Assembly (NCBI RefSeq): GCF_001194135.2
Contig: NC_068984.1
Coordinates: 125,933,636 to 125,997,635, forward strand
Direction: 5' to 3'
From: Octopus bimaculoides
Lineage: Eukaryota
DNA: 64,000 bases
The first letter of the stretch is position 1; every line of letters begins with the position of its first letter. Positions 52,701 to 63,058 of the stretch are shown here, in pieces. The notes beneath the pieces were generated by a model. That model was not told the DNA's origin. It was given only the letters and a program-made list of their open reading frames with translations, and made no database searches. A program made the translations under genes and the position numbers.

Positions 52701-55700
52701 GTCTGGTTTCATTTGTATTAATGTATGTGCACATGTAGTATGTGTATGTATGTGTATCAGAACTTGTATGTATTATATGCACTGATTTTGTGTGCACACA
52801 TAGTGTATATATGTGTGTGTGTGTGTTGTTAATAATCACCAGAAGTTACAGAGTGACTCAAGGGTCGAGCATTTCATTGTTGGCACTTATCAAGTTTGAT
52901 AAGTGCCAACACTCTAAGCACTCTGTAATTCCTTATCCAATGTTTTATAAAAATACCGTCAATTGTGAGACATGTTTCCCATTGCATTACTGAGACAAGT
53001 TACATGATATAAAGCCCTCACTTGTTTGTTTTCCTATCTTTTTCACCTTTGTACTATCCTCAACAAGCTGTGGTCTTCACATGTCCAGGATCATTATTTT
53101 AAGTGCTTTAGTTGAACTCGTTGCTAAGGAAGTGTTGAATGTGCAGATTAAGCTATCCAGTTTATTTTAGCTTCTAATGGTGGTGCTTATTGGTGGATAT
53201 GTTTGGAGAGAGTGTACAGTTCCTGACAAAATTATGAACAGGCTTAAAATATGCACATACAGCTGTTCTTTCTTTTTCTGTCCCTGAACACATTGTAAAT
53301 AAAGACATATTGTTTACATTCATTGTAACATACAGTGTTGGCTAACAAACTTGTATATATGATATACAGTGCATTATAACAATTGATTTTTTTTTTTCCA
53401 TTATGTAATGTGTGGGTTTGATCTGTGTTTAGTTTGTGATAAGGTGAAGTATACAGTAAGTTTTGGCTGCTATATCTAGCGGTTTGAATCTTAGGCTTCT
53501 TTGTAGATTTGGTGTCATATATTTACATTGCTTAATATAGAATATAATGGCTGTTGCATTTAATGTTCTTTGATGTTATTAGTTAGAAGGGAGATAGTGG
53601 ACTTTGCAAATGTTACTTTAAGTTTCTGATTGTTGTGCCAAGTTTTTTAGATGGTTAATGTAAAGCTGGAGAAGTTAGTTACCTATCTTTTAAGAAATGT
53701 GGGTAAGTGCTTTATAGTTGATTAATAAGTTTATTTGTTTATCGCTATGCAGTATCCATATGACCGAGCTGAAAAATTCAACAAAGGGATCCGCAAGCTA
53801 GGTTTGACTCCTGATGGCCAGAGCTATTTGGATCAGTTCCGTACCTTAATTACACAAATAGGTAAGTTACAATTCTACTTTCTCCTGTCCTGATATAAAC
53901 TAGATGGTGAGCACCATATAGTAAGCAGTAAGGTCACAATGGCTCAGTGGTTAGAGTGTCAGGTTCACAATCACGAGGTAGTGAGTTTGATTCCTGTACT
54001 GGACAGTGCATTATTTTCTTGAGCAAGACACTTTATTTCATGTTGCTCCAGTTCACTCAGCTGTAAAAATGAGTTGTGACATCACTGGTGCCAAGCTGTA
54101 TTGCCTTTCCCTTGGACAACATCATGGAGAGAGGAGACTGGTATGCATGGGTGTCTAATGGTCGTCCATAAACAACCTTGCCCGGACTTGTACCCTGGAG
54201 GGGAACTTTCTAGGTGCAATCTCATTGTCATTCATGACTAAAGGAGGGTCTTTACCCTTGAGGTCACAATGAATAGAATCTGTGAGTTTTACTTCCCTTC
54301 CTGTTCGAATGAAGCCATTATTTCATTTCCCTTTCGATGCTAACGACCCTCTGAAGCTCATGAATATCACATCATCTTCTTGCACATCTATCAGAAATCA
54401 CTAAACCCTGAATCTCTTGTTTGCAGGCAACGCAATGGGTTACATCCGCATGATCCGGTCAGGTGGGTTGCATTGTTGCAGCAATGCAATTCGGTTTATC
54501 CCAGACTTAGAAGATATTGAAAGTTTTGAAGAACTCTCTACCAAAGAAGGTCTCTCTGCAGAATGTCAACTGGCTGCAAAGTAAGTTTCTGGAACATTCT
54601 TTTTGATTTCATTTTTTGTTTTTTTGACACCTCTCTCTTGCAATGTCTTCTTGTTTTTTTGTTTTTTTTTCTTTCTAACTTTTGTTTGCAATAAAGAATA
54701 TCCTTTTTAACCATATTCACATTGCCAGTACCGCCTGACTGGCCTTCGTGCGGGTGACACGTAAAAGCACCCACTACACTCTCTGAGTGGTTGGCGTTAA
54801 GAAGGGCATCCAGCTGTAGAAATTCTGCCAAATCAGATTGGAGGCTGATGTTGCCATCCGGTTNNNNNNNNNNAGGGCATCCAGCTGTAGAAATTCTGCC
54901 AAATCAGATTGGAGGCTGATGTTGCCATCCGGTTTCACCAGTCCTCAGTCAAATCGTCCAACCCATGCTAGCATGGAAAGCGGACGTTAAACGACAATGA
55001 TGATGATGATGATGATGAATTCCAATTAAAATAATGTCTAAAAGTAGTAGAATTAACATTATTGTCAAGAATAAGATACAAATAAAAACCTAAAGGCTTA
55101 GGCTATGTTCAAAGAACAGTGCTTAAAATAATGATTATTATTTTATGATTATTAATTTTGCTGCCAGAGCCAAAAATATTTAGGGAAAGTGCAGTTGAAT
55201 GCATTGAGTCATCCCCACTTGTTTCTTCCGTGTACATGATTGGTACTTTCTACTTTATTTTATTGATCCAGGAAGGATGGAAGGCAAAATTGCAGAATTT
55301 GAACTAAGAATGTAAAGGATTATTACTAAATACTACTCCATGGCATGTTTTTGTCTGCCACTGTAAGGATTCTGTCATTCCATCTCCACTACCACAATAA
55401 TAGTGTTAATAATAAGGATTTCTAACTTTAGCATGAACTCATTATTGTGGCACAAGAGCATAACAGTTGCAGAAGGCCAAAACAATGGTGCTTCATCCCA
55501 AACACTAGGCTTTCTCTTCAGGTCCAGTTATATTTCTAAGCTTTGCCCAGTTCCTGGCAGTCTATAATTCCTGCTTCTGCTACACACACAAGTGTGACAA
55601 ATCTAAAACAATAATATGGTGTAATGATTGTATTTTTGTATTTTTGAAGAAATTAAAATTGTCATATCCATATTGGAGGACATTTTGTTGAAAATTGTGA

Positions 55701-58700
55701 AGATCTGGCATGATGTACATAAAGTACATGTGGATGATGCTTGTGTGTATATATGAAATATTAAATTGTTATGATTTTATATTTGATTATAAAAGATTGT
55801 TAGAAGGTAAAATAAATAGGTAAAATAAACAGCAGGGATATTTTACCATATGCAGAATGTGCTGGAGTTACTCAGAGGTTTTGCAAGCTCTTCTAAATCA
55901 ATTGCAATGCTGGAAAACCTTCCATATTGTCTGCAGGTATCTCAGAGTCGCATCTTCAGTGGGGAATGAGGTCACATGCCAACCCTTGATAAGGACCTTA
56001 TCTATTAAGCTCTTATATTTCGATTTGTTTTCCACCAAGTATGTCCTTAATGTAGGTGATACATAAATGAATGTTCAGGTACACCAGTGTCGATAGAATA
56101 TGGTTTTGTGAATGACACATCAACACATGCTGTAATGAAGAGATCTGACAGCAATTGTTGGAAAAGTGGTGGAAACCCTACGCCAGTACCTTAGCTGTAG
56201 AAGTTCCTGATAGCAGATATGTTATGCTATGGATAACAACAAAGTTTTCATAAATGAGAGACTACTGAAGTGTAACATAAGAGAGCAAGAACGGCACAAG
56301 TTTCCAGTAGATATTTCTCAACAGAAACTATACAAATGGCCACTGAATAAAAGAATGAACAGAATGTGATGAGGAGGTAGATGTTAAAGACTGTTCACAT
56401 CTCTTTTGAGATTCAACAAATCTACTACAGCATGCTTATGAATTTTGTTTTCATCTCACCAGGAATCTGGATGCCGTTATAAATAACCTGTCTAAGAATT
56501 TTGCAGAGGGAACTGAATATTTCAAGGTAAGTTTTTTTCTTTAACCTTTTTCCCATGCAAAGCATTTTCATGAGATTGTCTTAAATGTCCAACATGTTTA
56601 CAGGTTTTTAAGTAGTGTTTGTTTCATTCATTCTAAATAATATAAAGCTTCTTTTTTTTTTCATAAGTCCCAAGTTACTCTGGCAGTTGAAAAAAATTGG
56701 GAATGTGTACCATATATGATGCATGGATACCAGGGAAATATATCCTGTGTATCACATGTAATACACAGGGCTGATAAAAGGTTCAGAGGAGTGATATGTG
56801 TGTGTGTGTGTGTTAGTGTCTCCTTGTCTTGTTCATGTAATAGTTGTAAACAAGTGACACTGTCATACAGGCAATATCTTTTGTTTTCAATCTTCCGTGG
56901 AAACATTTCTGGCCATGGGGAAACATACCTTGCTTCATAACAGGTGAGGGTTGTTGGCAGGGATGGCATGCAACCATAGAAAATCTGCCTCAATGAATTC
57001 ACCCCGAGCCATGCAAGTGTGGAAAAGCTGATGTTAAACAGATGATGATGATATTCAATATGCCTAAACCATTCTCCATTCCACAGATGCTGGTTGATGT
57101 GTTTGCACCAGAGTTTCGTAATCCAAAGAACATGCATCTCCGTAACTTCTATGTCATTCTGCCAGCATTGGTAAGTTAGCATTTATTTATTCTTTCTGTA
57201 TTTTTTTTAACCATTATTAATGACAACACAGTTTTAGGTGAGTCATTCTACTGTCAGCTCTACATCTTTATATCTTTATCCATTGTTGTTAACATTTTTA
57301 ACGACAGCATAGTCTTAGATCAGTCTGTATACTGTCAAGTCCACACTGTTGCAAGGATTTGAGACAGGTCTCTGCTGGTCTTATGATATTTTCCTCCTTT
57401 CCCATCACTACTTTTGGAGTTCTTGTATGTATAAATCAAATGGTATACACCTGGTATGAGGGGGTGTTCATTAAAAATTTCCCCTGATACAGTTCTGGTG
57501 ATTGCATGAAATGGAACTTGTACAGGTATAATCCTACGTCACATTGTAAATTGCAGCTTCCACTAGTATTCGTTTGTCTTTTACGGCTGCTAAAATGGAC
57601 TCAGGTGTTATAATGGAGGCAGTTGAATGCAAATCAGTGATCAGGTTCTTATATTTAAATGGTTGTACACCAAAAGAGACTTTGGATCTAGTAGTTTGGT
57701 TGCCAGTGTCAATTCTGTTCGAATTGATTTCATATTAAGTGTAATGATGCACCTTTATTGGCTAATGAATTACATGGAAATCATTTTTGCTATAAGTCAG
57801 TAAATAAATTAGCAATTAAAGTTTGAAAATTTGGGGTATTTTAGACCAGGGGTTTTCAAACTGTGGTCCGCAAGGACAAGACAGGGGGTCCGTGGACAGC
57901 AAGTACTTTTTATGGGCAATTTGATTTTATATATGTATTTAAATTGAAATCTTTTAATTGACAATAAACCTATTTGTTAAATACTGTTAAATAAATAAAT
58001 GTCAAAATATATGTTATTTTAAGCAAATATTTATGTATAAATTTCATAAGCGTTTATAAGGGGGTCCGTAAGGTAAAGCCTGAAATATAAAGGGGTCCGC
58101 AAGTCAAAAAGTTTGAAAACCCCTGTTTTAGACAATCATGAGCCACAGACACATTCATGTCTGTTTCCATAGTAACAAGCGGAGCATGAAAACACTTTTG
58201 TGTACGAGCAAGCACATGTTGACAAATATTTTCCACTCATTGAGGTGGTTGTCAGATGTGCTAAAAATAGCAGCCAAATAGGTCTTAAATCATGCACCAT
58301 GTGCTTATAAGAGACGATCACTTAAGGCTAATAACACAGCATTCAGTGTTCTAACAAGACATCTACATTAAATTGGATATATATATATATATATGTAAGT
58401 ATATTATTAATAATAGAACTAATAATATTAGTGGCTATGTATGTATATATATANNNNNNNNNNATTATTTATAGCTTTATCTACTTCAAGTTCCACCGTT
58501 AAAAATAATTTGCTTCATATTAGTCTTAGCTAAGACTCTTTACTGTCAACTCTCCAACAATATATATATGTATCGACAGCCTTAATAAGTTTTGACATTT
58601 CCAACTATCCACCAATTTATATTCTTATATTCTTACATTGTTGAATAGAACTCTTCATTATTTCTCACTTCCTACCCACTCTCCAGGAATTTTACTTGCA

Positions 58701-59621
58701 TTGCTTTTATGATTTTACTTATGTCTCTGTTTCCATTTTCTTCAGACTCTGAACTTTGTAGAACATTCCATGAGTTGTAAAGAGAAACTGAATCGTAAAA
58801 ACAAAGATGGTGCTGCCATAACAGATGATGGCTTTGCAATGGGTAAGAATTGAAGCTGCCTTTCACTGTGTTCTGAATAGTTTCTATGTTGGTCACATGA
58901 CCTGCTTATATGACAGCCAATAAAAAGAGCCAGAGATGGAGCCAATATATGGTTAATCTGCCTGCTAGAAACAGTAGCCAAACTATCTTCATATATAAAA
59001 AATTAAAATGTACACATTAGTTTTTGTAGTCCTGGATATACTTATCACACCTAGCTGAGATTGAACTTGTGAACCTATATTAAGTATATTTTTGAATATG
59101 TCACAGATAAATTTCTGTATTTAAAATAACTGATTCCAAAATATTTTCATACACTCATCAACTTAAACAGGTAAACAGTAAAAGAACAACTTAGACATAT
59201 GAACAATAACATCTTTGGCATTTAGATAGCAACAACAAATTTATTCATTGTGTAGTTAACATATTTATTAATTATCTATGATACAGGGTATAATAATGGA
59301 ATTACCAGTTTCTGGATTATTGTTTTTTATGGTATTGTTCTTCTGTGTTGTGTATTGCAGGTCTAGCTTATATCCTGAAGTTGCTCGACCAGTACCATGA
59401 GTTTGACTCTCTGCATTGGTTTGCATCTGTAAAGAAGAAATATTCCCAAGATAAGGTTAGTGACTTCTTTTTTTTTATAAACAGTTTATGAAACATAGTG
59501 GCAAAATAAAATCAGGCACTCAGTTTTAAACATTTTATCAGTGCAAAACCAATCCTAGGTCCCTTTAATATTATAGAAGAATTTAAGGTTCTTAAACAGT
59601 GGGAGACCCACTAACATTGTG

Positions 59622-59699
<78 letters not shown>

Positions 59700-62438
59700 C
59701 ATATGCATACATATACACACATACACACATATATGCATACATATATATACACATAAATATACATCCAGGTGTAGAAACCATGTCACAACTGACAATTGTA
59801 GTCTGAACATATCCCTGGCTGACCAGTTCCTATCCAACCATCCAACCCATGCCAGCATAAAAAGCAGATAGATGTTAAATGATAATGATGATGTTGATGA
59901 TGATGATGATGATGATGGATGATGGTGATGATATATATATATATACACATAAATATATATTTTCATACCCACTCACATGTATATACGCATACATATATAC
60001 ATACACACACTCACACACATATATATGGTTATTATAAAACTGTATTACAACGTATTTGTTGTTTTTGTTTTGTTTTGTTTTTTAATATTTTGTATTCTTC
60101 ATTTGATTTGAAGATGGAGGTTCAAAAACAGCAGACTTCAGCCAGTGTGAAAATGGACGAGAAACTGAATCAAACCACAACCCTCACTATGAAAAGATTA
60201 GATGTTTATATTCAGGTATGACCCTTCTATTTTGGCCTCTGTTTGATAGGAAGGATTATAAGTGGTGTAATAAAAATGTAGTTATGTAACTGTGAGGAAT
60301 GTGTATGTGTTTATATCGCATGTGTTGTTTGGTACCAGGTCAGCTCTGGCTGAGCAAACCTAATCAGTCCCTACATAGATTAAAGCTAATAAATATTAAT
60401 CATAAAATATAATAATTATTTCCTGGCACGTGGAAAGACATTCGAGCGAGGTCATTGCCAGTGCCGCTGGACTGGCTCCTGTGCAGGTGGCATGTAAAAT
60501 ACACCATTTTGAGCATGGCCTTCGCCAGTACCACCTGACTGGCCTTCGTGCCGGTGGCACATAAAAGCACCCACTACACTCTCAGAGTGGTTGGCGTTAG
60601 GAAGGGCATCCAGCTGTAGAAACTCTGCCAGATCAGATTGGAGCCTGGTGTAGCCATCCGGTTTCACCAGTCCTCAGTCAAATCGTCCAACCCATTCTAG
60701 CATGGAAAGCAAACATTAAACGATGATGATGATGATGATGAAAAATGCTTATTAAATGCATAAAATTTAGTATATAATTCAGTAAATTAGACTGCCATGA
60801 GATCAGCTTTGCCTAGTATATAATTCAGTAAATCCTGCCAAGATCAACTTTGCTTTTCATTCTTTCTCAAGAAGTGGGCCACAGGCTCCACAACTGAAAA
60901 ATATTCAAGCTAATCTTTTTTGTTAGGCATGCCATTCAGAAAATCTATAATATCTACTTCTTTCCAAGTTCAATATATATACTAAGCATAACCCTATTAT
61001 TTCTATGTGCTGTGCAATTCAGCTTCATCATATATTAACTATAATTGTAATGAAGGCAGAAAATAAACTGCCTTCATTTGTTGTCATTCTAGAGTGAAAA
61101 TTATGTTCATGTGAGTTATATTGTGTGTTGCATTGGATGAATGTTAAAAAGCTTCAAAACCTACAGCTTTTCTTTTCACATTATACTGCTGATTATTGGT
61201 AAACTCGGTTATGTTTAACGGACAATCTCAAAAAGCTGGTTTTTCTAGGCAAAGTAAGTGACTGACTAACATGCACTTTGCAAATAGAATCTGTTGATGG
61301 AACAGTGAAATCATGCTAGACTTTTCTAAAGTTCAACAGATAGCACTTATCATTTTTTTTGTTATCAAAACTCTAGTGTTGCTATACTTTGTTTCTTGAG
61401 TTAGAAACCAGCTCCTTCCTAACAGAAAGAATTCAAACACCCAAAATAGGAAGAAGCACAGACACACATGCCCACACACACATATACATACATTATAGAT
61501 AAATATATACCATATTTAGTTACAGCCATGTATAAATCACACTCCTAATTTAGTGTTAAGTCTTGGCCTGAATTGTTTTTCTCTTCATAAATTTAGCTTT
61601 GCCGTGTGTATATCATCATCATCATCATCATCGTTTAACGTCCGCTTTCCATGCTAGCATGGGTTGGACGATTTGACTGAGGACTGGTGAAACCGGATGG
61701 CAACACCAGGCTCCAGTCTGATTTGGCAGAGTTTCTACAGCTGGATGCCCTTCCTAACGCCAACCACTCAGAGAGTGTAGTGGGTGCTTTTACGTGTCAC
61801 CCGCACGAAAACGGCCACGCTCGAAATGGTGTCTTTTATGTGCCACCCGCACAAGCCAGTCCAGGGGCACTGGCAACGATCTCGCTCGAAAATCCTACAG
61901 GAGCCAGTCAGNNNNNNNNNNNNNNNNNNNNNNNNNNNNNNNNNNNNNNNNNNNNNNNNNNNNNNNNNNNNNNNNNNNNNNNNNNNNNNNNNNNNNNNNN
62001 NNNNNNNNNNNNNNNNNNNNNNNNNNNNNNNNNNNNNNNNNNNNNNNNNNNNNNNNNNNNNNNNNNNNNNNNNNNNNNNNNNNNNNNNNNNNNNNNNNNN
62101 NNNNNNNNNNNNNNNNTGCCTCACCACCTCAGCCCAGGTCTTCCTGGGCCTACCTCTTCCACGGGTTCCCTCAACTGTTAGGGTGTGGCACTTTTTCACG
62201 CAGCTATCCTCCTCCATTCTCACCACATGTCCATACCAGCGCAATCGTCTCTCTTGCACGCCACAACTGATGCTTCTAATGTTCAGCTTTTCTCTCAAGA
62301 TACTTACACTCTGACAGGTATTCACATTGACATTACACATCCAACGGAGCATACTGTATAATCAAATATAAAATGGTATGACTTGTACACAATTAAATAC
62401 AGTATGTTTGTGTGAATATATATATATATATATATAGA

Positions 62439-62469
<31 letters not shown>

Positions 62470-63026
62470 TCACACACACACATAGAAAAAGTTGTGTCTG
62501 ATTCTATTGCTTATTTTGTTTTGGCATTCCATAAATTTATTTGAATTTTCAATGTCAGTTATCCCCACTAATTAATTTTAATGTGATTATCCTTTTCTTT
62601 AGGAATTTAATTTGCTGAACTATTCATTAAGCAGTGCACGGATATTCTTCAGGGCTGACCTTACTGCTGCTGAGGAAAAAGAAAAGAAAGGTATCATCTC
62701 TATTGTTATTATTATTAGTAGTAGTATTAATACTAGTATTATTTTTATTAGAGCAAGGGTGGTGGACTGGCAGAATTGTTAGGGCACTGAAAAAATTGTC
62801 TTGCAGTATTTGTTCTGAGTTCAAATCCTGCCAAGATCAGCTTTGCCTTTCATCCTTTCTCAAGAAGTGGGCCACAAGCTCCACAACTGGAAAATATTCA
62901 AGCTTATCTTTTTTGTTAGGCATGCCATTCAGAATATTCCACAGGTCATTGCCCCTGTGTGTTTTACATGTAACTCAAGCTGCTAGAAATAACAGCCAGC
63001 CAAATCTTCCTCATATCAACATACAA

Positions 63027-63058
<32 letters not shown>

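Noticed and set aside
54814-54935. ~60-bp direct duplication flanking a 10-N gap
   Set aside because: Typical unmerged contig overlap; assembly artefact.
60111-60113. Unusual AAG acceptor of exon 31
   Set aside because: AAG acceptors are uncommon but canonical; exon length matches the human segment, so nothing further to explain.
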